Source of the DNA: Octopus bimaculoides | Lineage: Eukaryota | Reading direction: 5' to 3' | Assembly (NCBI RefSeq): GCF_001194135.2 | Contig: NC_068981.1 | Coordinates: 97,938,931 to 98,002,930 of the forward strand | DNA length: 64,000 bases | Shown here: positions 28,973 through 39,656 of the stretch, in pieces | How the letters are laid out: every line of letters begins with the position of its first letter | Position numbering within the stretch: position 1 is the first letter of the stretch | The notes under the pieces: generated by a model | Told to the model about the DNA's origin: nothing | The model's database searches: none | Seen by the model: only the letters and a program-made list of their open reading frames with translations | Translations under genes and position numbers: made by a program

Positions 28973-31374
28973 GGTGAGGGAGTGTTGAGGGAATCACATG
29001 GTAAAACAATGTCATTACTCAACTAGTAAATGGGAAGATAACTAGGAAAATTCTTTTCGCTTTACTTTTTGTCTCTCACTCTCTCTTTCTCTCTCTATCT
29101 ATTTATCTATCTGTCTATCTCTCTACCTACCTATCTATCTACCTACCCCAAGCACAAAGTAATTGCAATTAACAACAGTTTTTGTCACTAATGTCAAGAT
29201 TCATCGGATCTCTGCCCATGTTACTGTATTAGGTGGTGGATGACAGAATCATCACAGTACTCGGGGTTAAAAAAAAAAACTTGAAGCATTTAGTTAAAAA
29301 AAAAACAACTACTGCCAAGAAACATATAGGGTTCATGAAATAAGTACCAGCTATCTACTGAGGTCAATACAATTGACAATTCACCTTCTTACCATGGCCT
29401 TGCATCTACACTAGGAAGAAATTACTGTTACTGTTGTTTCTTAAAGCAGTGAGCTAGTATAAACACTAAAATTCTGAGCTAAATGCATTATAGGATTTAG
29501 TTACCATTTATTTTCTGAAATGAAATCTGTTCAGAGGATATTAGATCATATTCTCCAAAAATTGGTAAATATAACACCAGTAATTAATACACTGATAATG
29601 ATTTAATCACCTATGTCTATCTGCAATGAATATCAGCCCTTGACCTGATTAAGATAAACCATTCTTATTTACTATCATTATCGTCATCATCTAGAAATAA
29701 AATAAAGTACTTACAATATCTCCTAGTCCCAGCATGGAAAAATGACTGCTGTTCTGCATACTAAAGAGAAAATAATAAATATTGATAAGCAGCATTACAA
29801 TTTTAGCACGATATACAATATAACATTGATAAGCATACATACATACATAGATACAGTGGTATAGAAATAGGTGAGCAAATGAAGATAACATAGTTTTTCA
29901 AAGACAATATGCACTGTAACAAAAGGTACAGCTAGCAATGTTGAACAATGGAATTTATAATGGACTTATAATTCTATGAAATTATTCAATATTATTTGAA
30001 TTAACACGAAAAATATTTTTATAATAGTTTTCATGTTTTTTTTTTTTGTTTTTTTTTTTGAGCTATAACTTTTGTGATTTAAATAAATTTTACCTCTTTC
30101 CAGACATACAGCCCAATATTATCCTCATCTTTAATGTTGAAAAATTTTATTTTAAATATTTACATTAACACTAGGTTTCACTTAGTTTGATCTCTTCATA
30201 CAGAAGAAACATGCACTAGCAACCCAGAATNNNNNNNNNNNNNNNNNNNNNNNNNNNNNNNNNNNNNNNNNNNNNNNNNNNNNNNNNNNNNNNNNNNNNN
30301 NNNNNNNNNNNNNNNNNNNNNNNNNNNNNNNNNNNNNNNNNNNNNNNNNNNNNNNNNNNNNNNNNNNNNNNNNNNNNNNNNNNNNNNNNNNNNNNNNNNN
30401 NNNNNNNNNNNNNNNNNNNNNNNNNNNNNNNNNNNNNNNNNNNNNNNNNNNNNNNNNNNNNNNNNNNNNNNNNNNNNNNNNNNNNNNNNNNNNNNNNNNN
30501 NNNNNNNNNNNNNNNNNNNNNNNNNNNNNNNNNNNNNNNNNNNNNNGAAGCCCATCGTATATATGTATATATATATGTATGTATGTGTATATGTTTGTGT
30601 GTCTGTGTTTGTCCCCCCAACATCGCTTGACAACCGATGCTGGTGTGTTTACATCCCCGTAACTTAGCAGTTCGGCAAAAGAGACCGATAGAATAAGTAC
30701 TAGGTTTCCAAAGAATAAGTCCTGGGGGTCGATTTGCTCGACTAAAGGTGGTGCTCCAGCATGGCCGCAGTCAAATGACTGAAACAAGTAAAAGAATCTT
30801 TTAGTCAGATGAGGAAGCAGTGCTCTTGACCCTTTACCTGACATCTATCTAGAGACCTGGTTTAAATGCTTGCAACATGGTGAACTCCACTAAAGACAAC
30901 CAAGGTGCCAAGTGGTGGTGTTAAATCAGGTAATGGAATAGGTATACCAACTGAATAAGCCAGGGTAAGATTTGAACTCAGAACAAAAAAAGGTCAAAAC
31001 AAATACCACAAGGTATACTACATTCTTACTTCCTTGGATTAGTGACTCTCTTCATCTTTTTATTGAACTTGAAAGGCTGAAATGCAAAGTTGATCTCACC
31101 AGGATTTGAACTCAGAGTTCAAAACAAATCCCAGGAAACATTCAAACTGATACCCAAACAACTCTTCTGAGTCATCAATTGATACAAACGTAAATATTAA
31201 AAACTGTTCATCATAAAGATGAGTTTAATAATCTGAAAAATGGCATTTCATCACAAACATTTAAATATCTGGTTCTAAATATTTGGCAAACCCAGTTAAT
31301 CCAGCAGACAGATGGTGATCTATCAAAGGTGGGAGGTTGCACATTTTGAACCCAACCAATCAATGAACCAATTG

Positions 31375-31406
<32 letters not shown>

Positions 31407-34400
31407 CACACACACATACAAATGAATTCATTTATCTCACCTTGGAAAGACTAATTTTCCAGGAAGTGACAACTTTGGAGCATCTCGTACCAGACCACTT
31501 AAATGAAGTTTCTTAGCAAATAAACCAACCTGGAGTAACAGAAGAAAAAAACATTGAGAGATATGAAATCAGAGGTATAACAAAAAAGGTAATAGGTCAG
31601 TTGATGTACAGGAAACACATGCTGGTTATCGATTTAAACCCATGTCTCATGTCACAGCAGGTAAAGACCCTCTTTGGTCATGAACAACCATGTGAAAGTT
31701 ACCCTCCGAGGCACAAGTCCAAGAAAGGTTGTTTATGAGAGACCAGCAGTCACCCATGCATACCAGCATCTCTTCTCCATGCCACTGACGTTATCTAAGG
31801 GGAAGGCAAAGGCCAATAGAGCTTGGCACCAGTGATATCACAACTCATTTCTACAGCTGAGTGAACTGGAGCAACATGAAATAAAGTGTCTTGCTCAAGA
31901 ACACAACACACATCCTGGTCCAGGAATCAAACTCACTACCTCATGATTGAGAGCCTGATACTCTAACCACTGAGCCAGCCAGATAAACAGTGATAGCATA
32001 TCAATGATAAAGTGACAAAAGAAACTAGAGGGTATCAATGACATGTTTGGACAAAACGTAATATTACATCAATAATGTGCCAGCCAAATGGTAATCCCAC
32101 ATTGATGCTAAACCAAAAAAGAGGGTTCAACAAAGACAGGAATAAAGCTAAATCACAAAGAAACTTCTCAAGTAATTTCTATATCATCACACAACTCTGG
32201 GGGAACCACAAATTTGCAGAAACTTTAGTTATTGTAAATATACATTGAAGGAGAAAATAGAGATAGGAATGGAAGGAGAGGGACAGATAGAGGAACAGAC
32301 ATATGTAAATTAACATTCAGTAAAAATATGGATAAAGTTATGCATGGTCATGCGATAAATTGCAAATCACTTTCATAAATGCCTTACAAATGCATAAAAA
32401 TATGGTTCAAGTTTTTGACATTTGTAAAGGTGTCCAATGTCTATTTTCTTCTTTACATAAATTATATAACACATTATTGCACAGTTATTCAACTATGTTG
32501 CTATCATTCACTAAAAAGCAGTCTTAAAACCCTAAACACTACAGTTGTATTGACATCCTTCTGTACACAGGCAAAAATAGTCTGTCTACGGAAACAATAT
32601 GAATTCATTCTGTATGTGAATATACTGAACTTTTAACTTCTAGAGTACTTAAAGCATTACTAAAATATTTAGAGCATTGTAAGAATAAGTGTTACAGTTG
32701 AAACATAGTGGTATTGCAAGTACAACAAACATATATTCATGCACTATTGGAGTTCAAAGTATGCTGTCGCACAGCTACAACTTTATAGGTACAATATAAT
32801 ACAGAAAATAATATGACAGTGTACATGAACTTTTAAAGAACATTTCATGTGTAAAGAATATTACTTGATAAATATTTTCATATCTTACAACTTCATTCAG
32901 GCACAGTGATACCAGTAGTTAGAACTTGATATATTTATGCTTTAGAGCAGGGGTTCTCTACCATTTTTTACCTATGGACCCTTTTGATTATTATTTTATT
33001 CTGGTGGATCCCCATTACCATTCAATGTTTAAAACCTAGTTTTATAAAAACTTCTTTCAAAATTCCCATTTTGCTTTTCACACATTAACTTGTGTAGGTT
33101 CGACTGTGTAGAATGTTAGAGAAAGAGACCTAGCTGTTTCCTGCAATATATACCAATATGTACATCTAAAGCAAATTTTTTTCAGAGGCTCTTAAAATAT
33201 CATTGTGGATCCCCAATTTACTATTTTGTTGCGTGAACCCCCCAAAATCTTATCTGGGTCCTCAGGGGCCATATGGACCCGGTTGAGAACCTCTGCTTCA
33301 GAGTAAAACATTAGGAAAATACAAAGCATAATATCAATTAAAGAATGATAAAAGAGAAAGAGTTATACAACCACATTCATTAGCTTAAGCTATTTCTGGT
33401 GTAAGAAGAAGCACACAGAGCTGAGTGCTTGTGCAACATCTTACAGAGGATATTGCAAAAGTGCTAGCTGTACAACAAAATACTTTAAGCTCTTATAATA
33501 TGTGAATATATGTTTGTGATAGTTACAATGCCTCTACTACATTTCAATTGTAATACATATTTTAAGCAAGGCTCAAAATATTTTTGAAGTTTCTTCAATA
33601 TACGGGATGGTGATAAAGCTATAGTGTGCAAGGCATTAATACAACTATGTAATGAAAGATAGCAAAAAAGCCAAATAAATGGAAACCTTCAGTACTTGAA
33701 TACAAAAGCTAAGGCTGAAATTACACAAAAAAATATTGACAATTAGGCATGCTATCATTATCATTTCATGCCTACTTTCCATGCTGGCATGGGTTAGATA
33801 GGCTGTCTAGTCAGTGTCAGAACTTATTCAGAGTTACTCTCCTTCTACACAGGTTGGAGGACTGTATCTGGCGTTTATGTTTCATTTTTGACATGGTCTC
33901 TATGGCTAGTTGACCTTTCTAACATGAACAACTTTATAAGAGTGCAGTGAGTGAATTTCATCATGACATGTTCTAAACAAAACTAAAAAAAAATGTTTAG
34001 ATTCGTAAAAGGCCCTCTCTATAGCAAAAAAATTAATAAATGCTGAAATCAGTATTAAACAGTGCTCACCAAACATTTCATAAAACTGTTCTCACAAATG
34101 CATTAACTTTCTGAGAAGAAAATATATGGTCATCAGTATCTGAACATGTTTAACCTGTTTCATTTAGGTAAACATACAATAGTTTAAGTATGTTTTATTT
34201 ATTCTATTTTATTTTATAGCAGTTTCAGAAAAGGAAGAGCAACACCTGTGACCTTTCCAGGGCCTCCATAACTAGTGGTGAAATGGTAAAAGAAGCCACA
34301 CATCAAAAGTACAACCCATTAGATAGTTTTTGTTTGCCCAATTTTACTCAAAAGACTTGGATTAATCTGAAACTATGGTGACAAATACATGGCCATGGTG

Positions 34401-35630
34401 TCATGCAGTGGGATTGAACTCATTACCATGTGACTATGTAGCAAATTTCTTCAACCAAACAGCCATACCTGCACTCTTAATTATTGGTTTTAGAATATTT
34501 TAGTTTTGCTGTTAGTACTTAGTACTTTTGAACTTAAAAACATTTGCTATATGATTGTAAGACTAAGATTATGTATTTCTCAGATTTTAGTCCCTCTATT
34601 GTTGCTCTATCAAAATAGCAACAGTATCTTTTCACACTGATACCAGCTATATTTTTGATCCTGAGTTGCCATTGCTGCCAAGTAGCCAAGAGTATTGAAC
34701 CTCTTTCAATCCTCAGTATTGAACAGTCAGTTCAGATTGGTCATTAACTGTTTTTTTTTTCAGTCCAGCTAAACTCCAGCTTTTTAGCTGTTATGGTTGT
34801 TTAGCTTAGACCAGCCCTAATTCAGTAGGCATAGGATGGTCATAAATATTCCAGTCACAAAAACACCTCATCTTGATTTTAAGTATGAATCTAGGACTAC
34901 CACAAGGTCCAGTCCTTGTTGCAGTGTGGTGGCTCATGTGCCTCAATGACCCTAAAAGCGATGCCAACAGAGTACAAGCTCCTGATAAGGCCTCCCATGC
35001 TGGACAGGTCAAAGGACGGAGGCCAGATTAATAATGATTTCAAATTTCAGCACAAGACCAGTATGTTTGGGAGAGGGTGTTAGTCAATCACATAGATACC
35101 AGTGCTCAACTGGTACTTATTTTATCAAACCTGAAAGGATGAATAGCAAAGTTGACCATGGCAGAATTTGATCTCAGAACTTATAGACGGATAAAATGCC
35201 ACTAAGCATTTTGCCAGCATTCTAACAATTCTTCCAGCTCATCACCTTATGAGGCCAGATTAATAATATATAGCACCAATTCACAGAGGTAAAAATGGAT
35301 TTGCATAAGGGTAGCAACCCTACCTAAGATAAAGTGAAGTTACAGAAGCTTCAATGACAACTGAAAACAAACAAGATCTGGGAGAGGAAGACCTTTCCTT
35401 AGGGATACATATGACTGAAGCAGAACTGAAAAAGCAAGCCCCTACCCCAACTGGAAAGAAAAAGAAAAATAACCCAAGGTCAAGAACAGTGGGAAAAAGT
35501 TATTGATAGCCTATGCTCCATAGGGAATGAAGGGGTTAAACAAAAATAAGTAACTTAGGAATACATTATCAAATGTATCTTCCCTATATATATATATGTA
35601 TATATATATATATACACATATATATATATG

Positions 35631-35662
<32 letters not shown>

Positions 35663-38600
35663 NNNNNNNNNNNNNNNNNNNNNNNNNNNNNNNNNNNNNN
35701 NNNNNNNNNNNNNNNNNNNNNNATCTGGCTGCTTTTCTTTCTACAAAACGGGAAGTTACATTGCGGAACAGTCATTTTAATGATTTATATTTATTTATCA
35801 CCTGACGAGATACATCTGCACCGCCAGATGCTCCTGAACCAGTTGTTGAGCGTCACACCCATGAGGAATCGATGCTAGATGTGTTGAAACAATTGTTGTG
35901 ATTAATGATAAATTCTCGTATATTCCGTCTTCCATTTGTCATATACATAATGATCACTGTGAAAGTGACCGTACTTTACCATAAGCTACCAGGTGTAAAC
36001 CATTTTACTATCCATTGCATGCGCGCGCATGTGTGTACATGTGTGTGAAGCTCCAATAAAGTGCTGGGGTCGATTTCTTTGACTAAAAGGAGGTGCTCCA
36101 GCATGGCCACAGTCAAATGACTGAAACAAATAAAAGAATAAGAAATACTTACAGGATTCTCGGCTGGTCTCGTTGCAACTTTGACCATCACATTGGTACT
36201 AAATATATACGATGAGAAAAACACCTGAAACATAAGTAGAAAAGTGAACCATATCAGAGTTAACTACAAGATAAAAATCACTTTTCAACAAATCACATAT
36301 TTTACTTGCTAGCTGTTATTTTCCACCCTCTATCCCCCACCCCCAAGCATTTGTGCTCATTAAACCATTTGCTTTAATGAATAAATTAACCAACTATCAA
36401 AATAAATCACTGAACTATAAAAATAAATCCACTGAATACAAGGGGGATGGGGTTTTGTATCAACGCTTATTTATACACTCTGGTTTTGTGTACCTATTAA
36501 GGGCAGAGATGGAAATTGATATGCATGTGCATGCGCATGCACACACATATACACACTCCTGTTTTGCAAAGATGGTGATGACAGTTGTTACAAGTGTAAA
36601 CAATTTCAACCAGACAAAAGTTTTAAAAGAAACCAAACAGTGTGACCTGGTCTTGTAAGAGATATGCCAACTAACTAGATTAAATAATGCTCTCTGTGTA
36701 AGGTGATGAATCAATGAAGGAGCCTCTATGATGTGCAAGAAATAACAGTCAACCCGCCCTCACATCATATCTCTACTGTCTTGTACAAAAATGGACTGAT
36801 GACAGCTAGACTGTTGTTGATTATAGGTCACTATAATCAACAAAAATCAAAGGAAGTGGGTAGGGTTTAAAGCAACATTAACTTCAGAGGTTATAAAAGG
36901 TATTGTGAGATGTGAATTCAGAAACAGATGACATCAAAATAAAGTATGTTGCCGTATTTTACCATTGAGTGACACATATGTTGCTTTTTGTTTGATTCCT
37001 AGAAACAGGAAGATTACTTGCATAGTTGTAAATGGGAATGAAAACTAATGTTTATGATATATCTGTTGTGATGGATGCCTCCAGGTAAGAAGTAGGCTGG
37101 TCCACTACTAATGAATCGTGAACTGACACAGTCAGTAAGGTCAGTCAGCGAGGCAAGCTGTTCGGGCCAGTCCCACAGACAACGAAATACGTGGTCGTAA
37201 TGTGGGACATAACAGTGGCGACCATAATACCTCCCACTGTATAATGGTGTCATTATAACAGTGGTAATGAGGTTATGAATGCTCGTAGTAGTGTTATGAA
37301 AGAACACGAACATAGAGTTGAACTACACACGGTGAAAAGTAAAATACACACAGTGAAAAATATATAAGAAAAAAAGATTCTGAAGAAAAAAAATGCTAAC
37401 ACAGAACTACACAGAGTGGAAAGTAGTATACACACAGTGAATAATATATAAATTCTATTGGAAAAAGATTTTGAAGAAAAAAACTGTGGTTCTGTGTGGA
37501 ACAAATAATAATAATAAGTCCATTTGAAGGATTTATAAGTCAGGTCACTATATGTAGAAGCACTACCAGTAATAATGTAGACGTGGTACTACCTGCAGCA
37601 TTTTGAAAAAAAAGAAAACTATGGTTCTGTGTGGAACAAAAAATAATAATAATAAAAGTTATACACCTTAGGTATACAGAGGTAACCTTTCTCAGTAGAT
37701 TTCTGTTCAATATCTAGCAAAAAGGTATAACCCAGGTGTGGATCACTAATGCTTCATACATTTATGCAAACATTTGAAATGAGCAGAAAATAACAAGAAT
37801 AATACATACCCAAAATACATCATAAATTAAAAGTCCGACAAGGAGAAGTGTAGAGACCTTAAGACTGGGAAGACGAACCAAAGCTATAAAAGCCACACAC
37901 AAACCCATTCCAAGAGCTGAAACAAATAGACAAAAAAATATATTAACGTGTGTATGTGTGTAAATGTTGTGTGTGCGTGAAGTGATTAGTAATAGGAAGA
38001 GCATCCAGTTGTAGAAACCAAGCTAAAGTTTAAACATATGTGTGAACTGTGGGCCTCCAATCTATCTAGGAAAGAAGTAACTCCTAGTAAGAACTAATTG
38101 TATCTGTCATGACCTTATCCAATATATGCCAACATGGAAGACAGGTGTGAAATGGTGATAATAATGATGTGTGTATAAACGTTTGATGACAAGAAACTGG
38201 GAGATGTGGTGATTTGCTGTACTTGATAAGACATGTCAAACTAAGTAAAATTGCTGTCTTCTACACATACAGGCTTGTCCTTTCAGGTGCCAGTGCCACT
38301 TAAAAAGTGCCAATGCTGGTGTTGCGTAAACATACCCATGCTGGTGGCACATAAAAAGCATCCACCACACTTTGTTAAGTGGTTGGCATTAGGAAGGGCA
38401 TCTAACCATAGAAACCATGCCACAACAGACAGTTGGAGCCTGGGCAGTTCCCTGTTAGACAACTCCATGTCAAACCATCCAACTCATGTCACCAGGGAAA
38501 GCAGGTATTAAATGATGATGCTGATGATGATGATGATGAGAGTTGGGCACAATGAATAGTACAAGAATCCGAAATCCCAGTGGATATATAAGCAACTGCT

Positions 38601-39656
38601 ACTTTGGAGCTACCTTAGTGGCAGATCCATTGAAATCACTGTTTCATGTCCATCAATCTGTAATTTATAACAGTTTCAATAACTGATCTGCTGTCTCTTC
38701 AGTTTCCACAGATAATTTAGACAATGCATGTGAAAATTAGCTATATCAGTGTGCTGATGACTGACAGTTGGTAAAAATGAAATCACCAAAGGAAAGGGAC
38801 CTTGTAGCAGGAAACTTAAACAGAGACGTTCTTGTGAAAAATCTGAGAAAATGACTAGAAGATGCCATTGGAGCCAACCACTTGCCAAGTTTTGATTTTA
38901 CCATGAGCTGTGGAAGATAGGAAGATGCAAAAGTATGGGGGCAGCGAGCAGCAGAAGTAGTACAGATAATACAGTCACTGATGGGGGTAGGACAAGAAGG
39001 ATATGATATGGTGGGGTGGAGAGGGAAGCAGCAGGCATAATGCATGAGGGGCAGAGAAAGTCACTGAAACAGGCAGAGAATCCAAAACATTATTTTTCAA
39101 AGAATTCGAGTCTGTCACAAAGTGACAAGGCTGTTTTTCTTTTTTTGTTCAGTCAAAATACTTCCAGAGATTTATGAACGTGTGAGTAAATTAGTGTGTG
39201 TGTGTGTGTGTGTATATAAATATATATATGGGGGTACATGCATGTATAAACTTGCATTCATATAATGAATATAATAAGTGTACAAGTCTCTTTAGGGTAT
39301 GTTTCCATATTATGTATACATGTATGTGTATGTCATATGCAAATGTAACTGTGTTTATATGTTCATTTCAGGAAAATCAAATGGAAAATCTTTGGAATGT
39401 CTTACCAATCTTCACCGTTCCAGTAGGTAATTGGATTTGGAAAACTGCAGGTCCAAATGAGCATGTGTGTAATAATGAATACAAACACAAAGAGTCAAAA
39501 GAAGAATGGAGAGGAAGAGAGAAAAGCCTGAGAAATGTCTTACCATCCATGAGAAGCCAATGCCCTGTTAATACCCATATACACACAATGAAAAATGATA
39601 GGCAGAATGACATTATCTCTGCTGCAGTAAACCGGCCACAGATTCCAAATGAAATT
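14074..39656 (-). CDS. SPPL3: Signal peptide peptidase-like 3 (GxGD intramembrane aspartyl protease), 5'-partial, 8 coding exons in window
   Basis: join(39656-39544,37916-37810,36224-36153,31529-31441,29760-29715,23878-23728,14683-14574,14139-14074). Spliced by hand this gives an open frame [15 protein letters not shown]...IYDVFW...[20 protein letters not shown]...[18 protein letters not shown]...[11 protein letters not shown]...LEV*, closely matching the SPPL3 sequence as I know it. All introns are GT-AG. Confidence 0.97.
14574..14683 (-). CDS. SPPL3: SPPL3 exon (110 nt): [37 protein letters not shown], with the QPALL motif
   Basis: Acceptor ctttgcag and donor GTTGGT; PAL motif. Confidence 0.96.
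15874..16819. mobile_element. Non-autonomous DNA transposon/MITE with 93-bp TIRs and TA flanks (gap inside)
   Basis: 15874-15966 is the near-perfect reverse complement of 16727-16819 (taaaagataataagagtgaaaaaactacagaagg...). Confidence 0.85.
19700..21655 (+). mobile_element. RTE-clade LINE, APE endonuclease plus N-terminal RT, degenerate
   Basis: [78 protein letters not shown]; multiple stops and frameshifts. Confidence 0.95.
22218..22416. mobile_element. piggyBac-type MITE
   Basis: TTAA|ccctttagc ... actaaagga|TTAA; imperfect TIR with TTAA ends. Confidence 0.6.
22567..23569 (-). mobile_element. Non-autonomous hAT element with 8-bp TSD, carrying an internal RTE fragment
   Basis: TSD ctctacag at 22559-22566 and 23570-23577; TIR caggggtcgg.. 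/ ..ctgatccctt; hAT C-terminal [15 protein letters not shown] on the minus strand. Confidence 0.85.
22800..23355 (+). mobile_element. RTE LINE RT fragment nested in hAT
   Basis: [61 protein letters not shown]. Confidence 0.9.
23728..23878 (-). CDS. SPPL3: SPPL3 exon (151 nt): [50 protein letters not shown](G)
   Basis: Manual translation; acceptor ctttgtag and donor GTGAG. Confidence 0.96.
25195..25585 (-). mobile_element. SINE family A, well-preserved copy
   Basis: Reverse complement of 48895-49312. Confidence 0.88.
26636..26789. mobile_element. 154-bp Tc1-type MITE
   Basis: Perfect TIR cagttgtggccaaaagtttggaaca / tgttccaaacttttggccacaactg; TA on both sides. Confidence 0.9.
26800..27068 (+). 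mobile_element. Internally deleted RTE-type retroposon, copy 1
   Basis: 5' module ctcctggtagggcctcccatattggacacatcaaagggtagaagccagat joined to 3' module aagaacagtggaaaaaaagttattgatagcttatgttcaatag; homologous to 34880-35540. Confidence 0.6.
28518..28950 (+). mobile_element. 5'-truncated RTE LINE 3' end (C-terminus, 3'UTR and (GAT)n tail), young and CpG-rich
   Basis: [18 protein letters not shown], then ...aacccatgctagcatggaaagcagacgttaaacgatgatgat. Related tails at about 4380-4560, 6660-6850, 7670-7840, 24860-25060, 38300-38540, 61330-61600, 62440-62660 and 63830-64000. Confidence 0.8.
29715..29760 (-). CDS. SPPL3: SPPL3 exon (46 nt): (S)[15 protein letters not shown], with the catalytic GxGD motif
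   Basis: Acceptor ctttag and donor GTAAGT; [10 protein letters not shown]. Confidence 0.95.
31441..31529 (-). CDS. SPPL3: SPPL3 exon (89 nt): [29 protein letters not shown](S)
   Basis: Found by manual reading (not in the ORF track); acceptor ctccag and donor GTGAG; [10 protein letters not shown] motif. Confidence 0.95.
32948..33295. mobile_element. hAT-type MITE
   Basis: TIR caggggttctctac / gttgagaacctctg; 8-bp TSD ctttagag / cttcagag (7 of 8 match). Confidence 0.8.
34880..35540 (+). mobile_element. Internally deleted RTE-type retroposon, copy 2, split by a SINE
   Basis: Same 5' and 3' modules as 26800-27068; SINE inserted at 35036-35250. Confidence 0.6.
35036..35250 (-). mobile_element. 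SINE family D (Nin/Deu-domain-like core) with 17-bp TSD
   Basis: TSD gaggccagattaataat at 35019-35035 and 35251-35267; family core gcctttcatcctttcggggtcgataaattaagtaccag resembles the Nin/Deu SINE domain; also at 7130-7345(+). Confidence 0.8.
36153..36224 (-). CDS. SPPL3: SPPL3 exon (72 nt): [24 protein letters not shown]
   Basis: Acceptor tttcag and donor GTAAGT; phase 0-0. Confidence 0.96.
37810..37916 (-). CDS. SPPL3: SPPL3 exon (107 nt): [36 protein letters not shown], with the first catalytic Asp (YD)
   Basis: Acceptor tttcag and donor GTATGT; YD motif. Confidence 0.97.
39544..39656 (-). CDS. SPPL3: SPPL3 exon (113 nt): [37 protein letters not shown]
   Basis: Acceptor ttttcag and donor GTAAG; homologous to [37 protein letters not shown]. 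Confidence 0.96.

Noticed and set aside
38660-39060. Possible CR1/Jockey LINE remnant (GK.VGSNGI-like) on the minus strand
   Set aside because: Too degenerate to call with confidence
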